The position numbers and the translations under genes were made by a program. Below, piece after piece: positions 47,275 to 57,072 of a DNA stretch of 64,000 nt. Every line of letters starts with the position of its first letter. Position 1 is the stretch's first letter. Location of the stretch: positions 39,388-103,387 of the IMG/VR virus record IMGVR_UViG_3300010885_050982; one strand, written 5' to 3'. A model generated the notes under the pieces. That model saw only the letters and a list, made by a program, of their open reading frames with translations, did no database searches and was not told where the DNA came from. This stretch comes from a virus.

Positions 47275-48652
47275 CGTACCGCTGCTTTTGCACGATCCAA
47301 GCGGGGCAGCGAATGACCATATTCGCCGGTATCTCGACGAACGGATGGCGTCCATCTTCACGCCTGAACTGACGTGCTACACCGATGATCGGTCAGGTCC
47401 CCGTACGAACAATTCTCAACCGTCGATCCAGCAGGTCGGGTTGCCTGTCCCGAATTACCCATCTCAACCAAGGCCGAAAATCAATACGCTGTATTGGCCT
47501 ACCGGGGCAACACGCTGGGCACAGGGGTTGTTCCTCATTGACGGCGAGAATCTGACGCGAATCAATAACGCGATGGCAACGAGCGGTCTCTACAATAAGG
47601 CCAACACACCTCAATCGTTCAAGATGTCAACGCCAGAGATCGGAGACGATGGCCTGTCGTCATCGCTGTATATGCTCCCGCCGAGGCCGGTTTCTCCGAA
47701 GAATACGCCGAGCGATCAGAGACTCTGGATTCTCCCGCTGGTTGATGTGAGGTACTTCTGGCAGTTCAGTGCGGTATCAGTATTCGCGTCTTGTGGCTGG
47801 TCCGATCTGTTTTCACAACTCGGAACAGCCTTGGGAGTCACGTTGTCCGTTGGGGCGGTGTCGGGTAACTATTTTTATCCTGACCCTGTTGAGTGGAGAC
47901 GCGATTACGAAAATGCTGCAATGCTTCTCGACGCGGCCTGTCATACTGTCGGGATGAGGTTCGTCAGAAACACGATCGGTGATTGCTATGTGATGAACTC
48001 CACTCTGTCGGCAACTAAATTGGCCGGAAACCTGACGAACACTTCACGGCAAGAAATTGCCGGTGGCGACATGTCTTCGCTGGGGTTTGCTTCGATGGTC
48101 CCAGGAAATGTTATCGTCACGTATCGGAACGGCGACAACTCGAACATCAAGGGGGTTGACACTGTTGCGGCGACAATCAGCCCAAATGATCCGAACTGGG
48201 AAAAGGTTTTTCATACCACTGCATTGCAATCACGAACTTCGACTGGACTTTCCGGTCAGATTGCGTCGGATTATTACAGTTGGCTAACGACCCGGTACGA
48301 TTACGATTCCGCTGGGATTCTGTCGTGGCAACCAGGCGGGTTCGATGATTTTATTTTGTGGGAATACGGAGTCAAAAAAGGCCGACAAAAGGAGTATCAC
48401 GCCCAAACTCGATCTCAGTCTATGCCGTACAATTTTGGCGTCACGAATCTGCCGATCACGTTCACGAATCCGTGCTCGACATCATCTTCAAGCTCTTCGA
48501 TTTCGAGTTCCTCAAACAGCGGGTCGAGCGGTAGTGGGAGCGGGTCTGCAAGCACGTCCGGTGCGTGCGGATGCGTGCCTGTGGTCACGGGCGTCTCTTG
48601 TTCTGGCGGCTCGCTGGTCGTCACGTATGGTCAAGCGAGGGGCTGTTGCTGA
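47249..48652 (+). CDS. Putative tail protein with C-terminal Ser/Gly tract and Cys cluster
   Basis: Position; STSSSSSSISSSSNSGSSGSGSGS...CGC...GCC. Confidence 0.6.
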   Translation: MTMPLSYANVPLLLHDPSGAANDHIRRYLDERMASIFTPELTCYTDDRSGPRTNNSQPSIQQVGLPVPNYPSQPRPKINTLYWPTGATRWAQGLFLIDGENLTRINNAMATSGLYNKANTPQSFKMSTPEIGDDGLSSSLYMLPPRPVSPKNTPSDQRLWILPLVDVRYFWQFSAVSVFASCGWSDLFSQLGTALGVTLSVGAVSGNYFYPDPVEWRRDYENAAMLLDAACHTVGMRFVRNTIGDCYVMNSTLSATKLAGNLTNTSRQEIAGGDMSSLGFASMVPGNVIVTYRNGDNSNIKGVDTVAATISPNDPNWEKVFHTTALQSRTSTGLSGQIASDYYSWLTTRYDYDSAGILSWQPGGFDDFILWEYGVKKGRQKEYHAQTRSQSMPYNFGVTNLPITFTNPCSTSSSSSSISSSSNSGSSGSGSGSASTSGACGCVPVVTGVSCSGGSLVVTYGQARGCC

Positions 48653-49107
48653 TGGCCGGTGAATACCAAGTCACTTTGTCGAATTGTCCGTGTTGCGGCG
48701 CGACCGGTAGCTCGAGCAGTTCCAGCAGTTCATCGAATTGCGTCGATTGCACGTTGAATGTTCCGACAATGACGCTGACAATCAATGGCGGACAAACTTT
48801 TGTCGGCCTATCTACATTTACGCTGGCAAAACAAATTAACGCCCTTTGGCTGTTGAGTGGCGTTACAGTCGACGATGTGTCATGGACGATCACAGTATAT
48901 TGCGTGGGATTTGGGTCTGGATGGCAAGTGGCAATGACCAGAGACGGCACGCCGTCAGCATGTACGTGGAGTCTGGCCTTGAACGATTGCTCAAACGTTT
49001 TTTCCAGCCGACCGACGTTTCAAAATGGAGTTACATTCACGATGGCAACTCTTGAACCAGGATTTTGCCTGCCGAACTATTACGAAAGCCTGACGATCAC
49101 ATGGTAA
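48652..49107 (+). CDS. Cys/Ser-rich putative tail-tip protein
   Basis: CPCCGATGSSSSSSSSSNCVDC; TGATG overlap. Confidence 0.6.
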   Translation: MAGEYQVTLSNCPCCGATGSSSSSSSSSNCVDCTLNVPTMTLTINGGQTFVGLSTFTLAKQINALWLLSGVTVDDVSWTITVYCVGFGSGWQVAMTRDGTPSACTWSLALNDCSNVFSSRPTFQNGVTFTMATLEPGFCLPNYYESLTITW

Positions 49108-49478
49108 CGTCGTTGTGCCGCAATTTTTTCGTGATGTTGAGGATGGCGGCGGCGGATGGCGTTGTCGATCCGTTCCTTTTAGACAAGTGCCGTGAATGCG
49201 GTTACGATGTTTCAGGGTTTGAGCAAAAGAAATCTCCGTCATGGATAATTCGCGGAGTCAATTTCGCGGGAGCAATGTCGGCTCACGCGGCAGACGGGTT
49301 TCGTCGATGCTCGCAAGAGCAAATTGACGCACGGCTCGCAATCTGCCAAGCGTGCCCGCAACTGGTCAACAATCACTGCTCTCTCTGCGGATGCGCGTGC
49401 GTGGCCGAGAATCAACTCGTCAACAAACTCGCGTTGAAGTCGTCTGAGTGCCCGATCGCAAAATGGGGAAAGTTATGA
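49101..49478 (+). CDS. Cys-rich protein (DUF6171-like)
   Basis: RLAICQACP...CSLCGC...KL...ECPIAKW. Confidence 0.65.
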   Translation: MVTSLCRNFFVMLRMAAADGVVDPFLLDKCRECGYDVSGFEQKKSPSWIIRGVNFAGAMSAHAADGFRRCSQEQIDARLAICQACPQLVNNHCSLCGCACVAENQLVNKLALKSSECPIAKWGKL

Positions 49479-49735
49479 AAAAGTCCGCAGTGAAGAGGAA
49501 AAGCGGGGCGATACTTCCGGTGCCCGTGGAGCCAACACCAAAAGAGCAAGTCGCCGCGAACGTCACAGCGGCGACGCAAGCTGGTCGATGGCTGATTGCG
49601 GCGTTCCGCGTCGAGGGCGAGGTGCTGCGCCTTGACAGAGTGGCGGTCAACTTCCCGAAAGCGGACGTCGATTTGGCGTGTCGACTGTTCGTGGAGAACA
49701 TTCAACAATTAAAAGGCGGTAGTGAGGAAAATTGA
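49475..49735 (+). CDS. Hypothetical protein
   Basis: Overlapping junctions. Confidence 0.55.
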   Translation: MKKSAVKRKSGAILPVPVEPTPKEQVAANVTAATQAGRWLIAAFRVEGEVLRLDRVAVNFPKADVDLACRLFVENIQQLKGGSEEN

Positions 49736-51460
49736 GTGATGTTTACTAAAGCGTTCGTAATCAATTTGACGTTCAAGACTGATCGCCTCGCAAATTTTCA
49801 AAAGTCGTATCCGTCGATTCTACCGCCTTGCGAAGTCTGGCCAGCGGTTCACGGCGACTCTGTAAGACACCCAGACTGGTGGCAGGCCGGGAGTGGAGCC
49901 TGGGGGTGTTACAGGTCACACATGCAGATTTTGGAGTATTGTTATCAGCGGAATATCGAGTCGTACATCGTATTCGAAGACGATGCAATCTTCCGGGCAG
50001 ATTTCAATGAGCGTTCACTTCAGTTCATGGAATCTCTGCCGAGCGATTGGGAGCAAATCTATCTTGGTGGTCAATTGCTGCATGAACACCAATACCCACC
50101 ACAAAAAATAACTGACCATGTCTATTTTCCGCGAAACGTGAACAGGACCCACTGTTTTGCGGTTCACCGTCGCGGGTACGAGAAGATTTACAAGCACCTA
50201 AATGCGGTTCTTACTGCACGGGACCACATTGACCATCATCTTGGTAGATTGCACGACACCGGTAATCTTCGCCTTTATGTGCCTGGGAAATGGCTTGTCG
50301 GTCAGGATGGAGGCCCCTCCAATATCAGCGGAAACAACAACTCTGCGACATTTTGGACGGACCCGGAAAACCTGGCGATCGACAACCGATCGGAACCGAA
50401 ACCGGTAAAAACCGTTTTTCTTGAGGCGACAATTGAAGTCGCAGTGGAATTAGAGCGTAGGGGGTGGCACCGAGGCCACTGGCAGAATGAGTATCGACTG
50501 GACCGGGGTGTTTGCAATGCAGTGGCTGGAAACAACTTGGACGGAGACCTGAAGGAATGGGAGAAATGCGTCCTACCGGAAGCGGTGCGAGAAGGAAGGT
50601 CCTGTATTTGCCTGTACCACCCTTCGCTGACATGGGAGCGTGTTCAGTCGTGTGGTTTGAAAATAACCAGAATTGTCGCTTCCGACGTGGGGGAGGCCGA
50701 AAAAAAGCTGGCGGATGTTATTGCATCGTCAAGTGAGGTGGTTGCTGTGCAACGAAATTTGATTTACCACGTCTGGCCGAAGAAAGGGAACGGTGTTTGG
50801 CAGTGGAATGCTTCCGAACTGATAAAACGGATCGGACAGTTTGACGGAGTTCGCACAATTGGCGTGGTAACAGACAAGGATTCGGACGACCTGGTTGACG
50901 TACAGCGAGCGTTCGATGGCGTTCGAATCGATAACTGGATCTCGTTCCCAAACTCACCAGATCTTGGTGAAGTCGTAACGTTCGAAAAAATGCTGGAAAC
51001 ACTGCCGAGGTACGGCGGAATTACGTTCTACGGCCATGCCAAAGGCGTCAGTCAGGACGGACTCTACAATACGAAGCGGTGGACAGAAATCATGTATCAC
51101 ACGTGCCTCGACTATCCAGAGTTCGTCGCGTCACTGCTCGAAAACTCGATCATGGCAGGTCCTTTCAAACGCGACTACCCTGATGGTGGATGGCACTATT
51201 CTGGATCGTTCTTCTGGATGCGTAATCCGGAAGTGTTCCGTGGCAACTGGAAGGACCTTGCGCCGCAGCGGCACTCTGTCGAGAACTGGCCACCAAAAAT
51301 ATGCGGATCTGGGCACGCGGCATCGATCTTTGGTTGTGGGGTTGGTCATCTTTACGATGATGCTGAGTGGCCAAACATTGAGCGGTGGATATCCGATTGG
51401 GATTCCCAAGCTAATCGCGAAACGGATGAGCGCCGAATCCTTAGTGCGGAGGATTCTTGA
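49736..51460 (+). CDS. GT25 glycosyltransferase fused to a second putative glycosyltransferase-like domain
   Basis: FVINL..KTDRL, GAWGCYRSH, VFEDDA, IYLGGQ; C-terminal FYGHAKGVS...HYSGSFFW. Confidence 0.82.
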   Translation: MMFTKAFVINLTFKTDRLANFQKSYPSILPPCEVWPAVHGDSVRHPDWWQAGSGAWGCYRSHMQILEYCYQRNIESYIVFEDDAIFRADFNERSLQFMESLPSDWEQIYLGGQLLHEHQYPPQKITDHVYFPRNVNRTHCFAVHRRGYEKIYKHLNAVLTARDHIDHHLGRLHDTGNLRLYVPGKWLVGQDGGPSNISGNNNSATFWTDPENLAIDNRSEPKPVKTVFLEATIEVAVELERRGWHRGHWQNEYRLDRGVCNAVAGNNLDGDLKEWEKCVLPEAVREGRSCICLYHPSLTWERVQSCGLKITRIVASDVGEAEKKLADVIASSSEVVAVQRNLIYHVWPKKGNGVWQWNASELIKRIGQFDGVRTIGVVTDKDSDDLVDVQRAFDGVRIDNWISFPNSPDLGEVVTFEKMLETLPRYGGITFYGHAKGVSQDGLYNTKRWTEIMYHTCLDYPEFVASLLENSIMAGPFKRDYPDGGWHYSGSFFWMRNPEVFRGNWKDLAPQRHSVENWPPKICGSGHAASIFGCGVGHLYDDAEWPNIERWISDWDSQANRETDERRILSAEDS

Positions 51461-52134
51461 TGTGGTTCATGGTTTCGTACAATAGAGCAAAACAGTGCGG
51501 AGACGTGATCCAGTCTATGATCGATTGCGGGATCTCGACACCGGGGAGACTGATCGTACAGGGCCGTGAGCAAGAATCTGAATACAGGTCTATTAATCTT
51601 CCGCTAGGCTGGGAGATCGACGTCCTGACGCAAAACATCGGGCTTTGCGGAGCGTTATCGAAATCGTTCCGAGAATACCCAACTGAGCAATGCTACTCAG
51701 TTCTGGCCGACGATGAATTCGTGCATACCAAGGGGTTTGACCTTCGAATCATGGAAGCGGCTGGAAGATGGGGTATCGCCCACGGAAATGACGGTTGGAG
51801 AACGGATCAGGGATGGTATCACACTCTCGTTACGCACGGCGGCGATCTTGTTCGCGCCGTCGGATGGTGGGCACTCCCAGGTTTGTGGCACAACTACTTC
51901 GATAATGCGTGGCAGCACATTGGAGCCGAATTCGGACTAAGGCGATATTGCCGTGACATGCGGACGACACACTTGAATGTCGATAAAGACGAAAAGGGCG
52001 GCGGGACCGCTGAGTGGGACGACACGTATCGAGTAGGTCGACAAAGAGCGGAAAGCGACCGGGCAATTTTCGAGGCATGGAAAATGAATGAGTACCCTCA
52101 AATTCGCCGCCGACTGAAGCTGTTGTTGCGGTAA
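51457..52134 (+). CDS. GT-A fold (GT2-like) glycosyltransferase
   Basis: NIGLCGAL, VLADDE, LVRAVGWW...HNYFDNAW. Confidence 0.72.
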   Translation: MMWFMVSYNRAKQCGDVIQSMIDCGISTPGRLIVQGREQESEYRSINLPLGWEIDVLTQNIGLCGALSKSFREYPTEQCYSVLADDEFVHTKGFDLRIMEAAGRWGIAHGNDGWRTDQGWYHTLVTHGGDLVRAVGWWALPGLWHNYFDNAWQHIGAEFGLRRYCRDMRTTHLNVDKDEKGGGTAEWDDTYRVGRQRAESDRAIFEAWKMNEYPQIRRRLKLLLR

Positions 52135-52277
52135 CGCCAAAAAAAATTTTGATCCATTCGTCCGGAAAACCCGTTACAGTCCCAGTGGCCAAGAAAACTG
52201 GCGGAGATCAAGTTTTCGAAAACGGCTACATTCGCCGAGAGTTGGCGAATTTCAAACAATTCATGGAGGGTTTTTCG

Positions 52278-52463
52278 ATGTCTTCAGAAACTGGCGGCGG
52301 ATTGTGTATTTCTCGGCATGCTGGTCAGTCGTTTACGATTGGTGAATCTACGACAATCGAAGTCGTGGAAATCCGTGGGGACAAGGTTCGGTTGCGGATC
52401 GTCGCGCCGAAAGAACTCGAAATATTGCGTGATAACGCGATCAACAAGAACCCGAAGGTGTAA
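52278..52463 (+). CDS. csrA: Carbon storage regulator (RNA-binding translational regulator)
   Basis: LCISRHAGQSFTIGE...EIRGDKVRLRIVAPKELEILR; GGAGG RBS. Confidence 0.88.
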   Translation: MSSETGGGLCISRHAGQSFTIGESTTIEVVEIRGDKVRLRIVAPKELEILRDNAINKNPKV

Positions 52464-52593
52464 AATGGCGCTGAACCCGGAGTGCATACAGAGATTAAAG
52501 CGTGGGTCGACACGGAATAATAATTTGTGATCCAGTTTGCAGTCTCGCTCGTATGGATACGGCGGACTCAAGTAAGAATTAAAAAGGAATAGC

Positions 52594-53694
52594 ATGAGTA
52601 ACACGGAACTGGCCATCGAGAAGCCGCAGCCAGAGCAGGTTTTGTTGACGGTGACGATGGAGACGATCCAATCCCTTGCGGAAAAAGCGAAAAAGATCAC
52701 TCTCGCTGGCGTCGTTCGTGATGGCGACGATATTCAGGTCGTTGACCCGGCTGCGATGATTGCTGATAAAGATGGCCTGAAGTTAGTCAAGGAAACTCGC
52801 ATGTTCGCAGTCAAGCAGCGGACAAAATGCAAGGCGGAGCATGCTTCCATTAAAGAGGATGCTTTGCGGGAATGCCAGCGAATCGATGAGTCTCGCCGGG
52901 CGCATGAGTCGGCAATTGAGGCAATCGAATCTACGCTGCTGGCGATTGAGCAAAAGGTCGAAGATGAACTCGATCGACTTGCAGCCGAAAAAGCCCAGCG
53001 AATCTGGGAAGCTCGAAAATCAATGCTGATTAACGTCGGTGCTCGTGAAGACGAGATCAACGAAGATCTGATCCGAAAAATGGACGAGGACGCATTTGGT
53101 CGTCAGGTGATTTTTGTTTCGGCTGAGAAAAAGAGGAAATTTGAAGCCGAGCAAGAGGCGGCCAGGATTAAGGCCGAGCAGGAAGCTGAAGCTGCCCGCA
53201 TCCGTGAAGCGAACCGAATTGCCGCCGAAGAGCTTGCCGCAAAACAGAAAAAGTTTGCCGAAGAGCAGGCGGAAGCGGCAAAACTAAAAAGGGCTGAAGA
53301 TGCTCGTCAGCAAGCGATTCGCTACGAGCACGACCGGAAGATGTGTGAGCAGCAAGCCGCGATTGATGCCGAACGAGCGGAATCGGCTCGACTGCTGAAA
53401 GTCGAGCAAGACAAGCTTGCTGCTGCCAAAGCGGAGCACGACCGAGCGGTGGAGGCCGAGCGGCAGAAACTTGCCGAGCAGCAGAGAAAACAGGAAGAAA
53501 CAGCGAGCCTCCAGCGAGAAGAGTTCGATCCTTACGCTGGCGTGCGACAAATCAGGCAGGTGTGCCAGTGGCACCTGGATGCTGCAAAAGAGATTCAAGA
53601 TCAGATGGTCGCATATGTCGGCGAATCCTTTTTTGTCGACATGTGCGCCGAAATTATCCGAAAACACGACCCGGCTCGATGTATTCGTGCGTGA
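52594..53694 (+). CDS. Coiled-coil phage protein upstream of the recombination nuclease
   Basis: Long E/A/R/K-rich helix. Confidence 0.65.
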   Translation: MSNTELAIEKPQPEQVLLTVTMETIQSLAEKAKKITLAGVVRDGDDIQVVDPAAMIADKDGLKLVKETRMFAVKQRTKCKAEHASIKEDALRECQRIDESRRAHESAIEAIESTLLAIEQKVEDELDRLAAEKAQRIWEARKSMLINVGAREDEINEDLIRKMDEDAFGRQVIFVSAEKKRKFEAEQEAARIKAEQEAEAARIREANRIAAEELAAKQKKFAEEQAEAAKLKRAEDARQQAIRYEHDRKMCEQQAAIDAERAESARLLKVEQDKLAAAKAEHDRAVEAERQKLAEQQRKQEETASLQREEFDPYAGVRQIRQVCQWHLDAAKEIQDQMVAYVGESFFVDMCAEIIRKHDPARCIRA

Positions 53695-53797
53695 CGGATG
53701 CGATTGGGGGACTGAATAACTTCGTCGCCGAGCAAGCAACTCCCAATGTTGAATTGCACGTTCGAATCGTGCCGGTGGTTTTTTGATTGGTGTTTTT

Positions 53798-54637
53798 ATG
53801 TCTGACGCATCGTATCACGACGAAACTGAGACGCTGAGTTGTTCTCAGTTCAAGATCTACTGCGAGTCTCCAGTAGAATACTATGAAACGTTTGTGACCA
53901 AGCGGATGAAAAAACGCGAGGCCACAAACGCGATGAAGCTTGGGACGATTGAGCATGCGTTGTGTCTCGAAAAAAAGGCGATCGACGATATTTGCAGGGC
54001 ATACCCAACGACGTGCCTGAAGGCGAACGGTCATCTTAATCCGAAACCAGCGAGAGCGTTTGCCGAGAAGATCTGGCCACTGATCGCCGCGACCGACCAG
54101 CAGATCGAGCAAGCTTTAATGATTCAAGAAAATGTTATGAAATCAGAGCTTGGCGATATTCTGCGGCTGGATGCGCAGTTTGAGAAGAGAGTTGAATCGG
54201 TGGTCAACGGGGTTCCGGTGCGATGTAAACCGGATATTCATTCTGTTATCGGCGAGTCTGGCACGATATGGGACCTTAAGTGTACTGCGAGAATTCGTCC
54301 GGATGACTGGTGGAGGACGGCAAGTCAACTGAAATACTTCCTGCAAGATGCGTGGTACACTCTCGGGGCACAAGCGAAGTACGATGTTCCGTTCCAGTTC
54401 AGGTTTTGGGCGATCGAAAACAAGTTCCCTTACCGCGTTGCACCATACTGGTACGACGATCGCAGTCGCGAGATAGCGCAAGAGTACGTTCGGAACAAAC
54501 TGGACGAATTCAAGCAGCGACAAGCGACTGGTGACTGGTCTGATAACTGGGAGAATTCTGGGTCCGTGACGCCGTGGCAACTCGGCGCGAATGACGACGG
54601 CGAGATCGTGGCGTATGAAGGAGATTCAAGTGAGTGA
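53798..54637 (+). CDS. PD-(D/E)XK exonuclease (RecE/ExoVIII, DUF3799-like)
   Basis: LSCSQFK, MKLGTIEHALCLE, RCKPD, IWDLKCT, YFLQDAWY. Confidence 0.85.
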   Translation: MSDASYHDETETLSCSQFKIYCESPVEYYETFVTKRMKKREATNAMKLGTIEHALCLEKKAIDDICRAYPTTCLKANGHLNPKPARAFAEKIWPLIAATDQQIEQALMIQENVMKSELGDILRLDAQFEKRVESVVNGVPVRCKPDIHSVIGESGTIWDLKCTARIRPDDWWRTASQLKYFLQDAWYTLGAQAKYDVPFQFRFWAIENKFPYRVAPYWYDDRSREIAQEYVRNKLDEFKQRQATGDWSDNWENSGSVTPWQLGANDDGEIVAYEGDSSE

Positions 54638-55133
54638 TGCTGTTCCTGTTAACGACACGAATTTCAGCCGGATTGATGCTGGAAAAGATTACATGAAGTG
54701 CATGGATCTTCTGATCGACGGTGAGTTCAAAACCGTCAAGCTGGTGATCGCAGAATACTTCCCACCAAATACGTTCGTTGGTGCCGACAAGAAGCAGATC
54801 AAAGACCCTTGCATCAGTTTCACCACGGCGAAAAAACGAATGATTCTGAACGCTACGAATCAAGAAGTGTTGCATCTCGTGACAGGCCAGTCTAACGGCT
54901 ACAAGACTGTGGGTCACGAAGTCCGGGTCGAAGCGAGAGTCGTTCCTTTTGGGGGTGAAGCGATTCTTGGCTTGAGGATTATGCCGACCCCTGGCACCCT
55001 AATGCGCAAGGGGCTGAAAAAGCATCTTGGCTCTCCAGCCAAGTGGCAGGGGCCGGAAACCATCAACCAAGGCGGAAAGGAACCCAATGGCACGACAGAG
55101 GCCGGAAAAAATGACGGAGCGGCAGATAAATAA
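54630..55133 (+). CDS. Putative ssDNA-binding/recombination partner protein
   Basis: CISF...KRMILNATN motif; adjacent to exonuclease. Confidence 0.5.
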   Translation: MSDAVPVNDTNFSRIDAGKDYMKCMDLLIDGEFKTVKLVIAEYFPPNTFVGADKKQIKDPCISFTTAKKRMILNATNQEVLHLVTGQSNGYKTVGHEVRVEARVVPFGGEAILGLRIMPTPGTLMRKGLKKHLGSPAKWQGPETINQGGKEPNGTTEAGKNDGAADK

Positions 55134-55533
55134 GGAGAACGCCGAGTCGATCAATCAGGCGTGGGACAAGTATTTTGCGTGCCCGCCATCGCGGGAAAGC
55201 GCAGATCGTCTTTCGGAAATTAAGCGGCGTCTGGCGGGAGCTGGTGGCAACGATGAGTAGTCGATCGATGGTTCGAGAAGCCGAAAACGCGATGACCCGC
55301 GAGCGACTTGCAAGGAACAGTAGCTTCCGGGCGCAGGCGGTTTGCGAATATCCGATGCGTGTCTACAAAATGTGTGAACAGTTGAGCCTGATGATTTCCA
55401 TGTTCAGGTTTACTGACCCGCCCCCAAGCACTCAATCGTTAATGCGTGAGCTTGAAGAGCAGATATGTCGAGAGTTCGAGAAGTCTTTTGGTCACTCGAT
55501 GTTTGCCGAAATTAATGAAAAAGGAGAATAGTC

Positions 55534-55995
55534 ATCGCGTCTTTTAACAAAGTCATCCTTGTAGGCAACCTGACACGTGACCCGCAGGTGAAGTACACCC
55601 AAGGCGGAACCGCAATCGCCGAGCTTGGATTGGCTGTCAATCGACAATGGTTCGACAAAACAACAAGTCAGAAAAAAGAAGAGGTGACGTTTGTTGATAT
55701 CACGCTTTGGGGTCGCACCGCCGAAGTCGCGGGTGAATATCTTGCGAAAGGCAAGCAGATCTTGATCGAAGGGTATCTCAAGCTCGATCAGTGGGACGAC
55801 AAAGAAACAGGACAGAAGCGATCAAAGCTCAAGGTTATTGGCGAGTCGATGACCATGTTGGGTAGCGGTGGCGGTGGCGGTGGCGGTGGCAGTGAAGGTG
55901 GAGAAGGGGGAGGTCAAAACGGGAATCGTGAGACTCGACAAGAGTCATCCGGATACGGGGAATCCACGTCCGGCGGCGACGAAGTCCCGTTCTGA
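55534..55995 (+). CDS. ssb: Single-stranded DNA-binding protein (ATC start)
   Basis: (M)ASFNKVILVGNLTRDP...TFVDITLWGRTAE...DEVPF; AAGGAG 7 nt before ATC; in-frame TGA at 55516. Confidence 0.92.
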   Translation: MASFNKVILVGNLTRDPQVKYTQGGTAIAELGLAVNRQWFDKTTSQKKEEVTFVDITLWGRTAEVAGEYLAKGKQILIEGYLKLDQWDDKETGQKRSKLKVIGESMTMLGSGGGGGGGGSEGGEGGGQNGNRETRQESSGYGESTSGGDEVPF

Positions 55996-55996
55996 G

Positions 55997-56016
55997 TTTT
56001 CTCAGTCTTAGAAAAT
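55997..56016. promoter_or_regulatory. Palindromic site copy 3
   Basis: TTTTCTCAGTCTTAGAAAAT immediately after the ssb stop. Confidence 0.55.
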
Positions 56017-56028
56017 TGAAAGATCAGC

Positions 56029-57072
56029 ATGACCAGAGAAATCATCGACCTTGAGCCCGCAGTCGACGAGAAGACAACGAAACTTCGTGTTGACGCAATA
56101 ACTGTTCAAATCAAGCGGAACCTGCATGCCAATGCTGAGTTGTATCTTGCGCTTGCAAGGGAGTTTGTTCGCATTCGTGACAAAAAGCTTCATATCGCTG
56201 GTGGATTCACCACACTGCCCGCGTATGTTTTTAAGAATTGGGAAGTTGCCCCGTCCAGTCTCGCGCGACTGCTGGCATACGCCGCAACTCACGATGAACT
56301 TAAGTCGGTGGCTGGTGACGGGGCGTCGGTCCCTCTGCTTCAGGAGCATGTGTTCGCTCTGAAGGCGATATCTCATGACCCGACGACCCAGTTGAAGGTG
56401 TGGTCTACTGCGGAAGATGTCGCCGCTCAAGATGGGACTCAGGTGACCGCTGCGATAATCAAAAAGGCGGCAGAAACACTAGCCGGTAAGCAGTCGGACC
56501 CAGAACCGCCTATCGAGTCTTCGAGTCAGTCGCAAGATCCTGAGATAGATGCTGAAGCACCAAAAGAAACGAAACTCGAATCGCAATATCAACCTCCGGA
56601 GCCAGGATCAATTCACACTGTTTCCGAGTCAGCGAGGAAGAAGCCGCCCGAGATTCAGCATGGGACGGAATTCAATCCTTCTGCATGGGAGCCGAAAGAG
56701 CCAGAAGAAAAGGCCCAAGAGGTCGAGGACGGGACGCCGGAGCATTTGATTCAGGTGATTATCGGGACGAAGCACTGGAGCGATATCCGTAAAGCTTTGA
56801 CGCAGCTTAAAAAGAATTGCCGTTCGCATGAAGAGGACCCTTCCTCGCATTACGTCAACATGCAAGAGATCGACCGGCTGATCGATCAGTTGTCATCGGA
56901 GATCAAATGCCGAATGTTCGGCTGCAATTGCCCGGTTTGCAAAAACAAGCTCCAAATTAAGTGCCCCAGGTGCGGCGGAGTTGGGTGGCTTCCGGTTGCG
57001 AGACTGGGGAACAATACCGATGCGGAGAAGGCATGGCTCGAAAAGCAACCGAAAGTTAAGGCTTCAAAATGA
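56029..57072 (+). CDS. Hypothetical protein with C-terminal Zn-finger
   Basis: CPVC...CPRCGGVGW. Confidence 0.65.
   Translation: MTREIIDLEPAVDEKTTKLRVDAITVQIKRNLHANAELYLALAREFVRIRDKKLHIAGGFTTLPAYVFKNWEVAPSSLARLLAYAATHDELKSVAGDGASVPLLQEHVFALKAISHDPTTQLKVWSTAEDVAAQDGTQVTAAIIKKAAETLAGKQSDPEPPIESSSQSQDPEIDAEAPKETKLESQYQPPEPGSIHTVSESARKKPPEIQHGTEFNPSAWEPKEPEEKAQEVEDGTPEHLIQVIIGTKHWSDIRKALTQLKKNCRSHEEDPSSHYVNMQEIDRLIDQLSSEIKCRMFGCNCPVCKNKLQIKCPRCGGVGWLPVARLGNNTDAEKAWLEKQPKVKASK

Noticed and set aside
12066-52155. AATTTTTGA-like strings in intergenic regions (~12068, ~13124, ~52145) as a promoter motif
   Set aside because: Short, low-complexity and AT-rich; cannot be separated from background by eye
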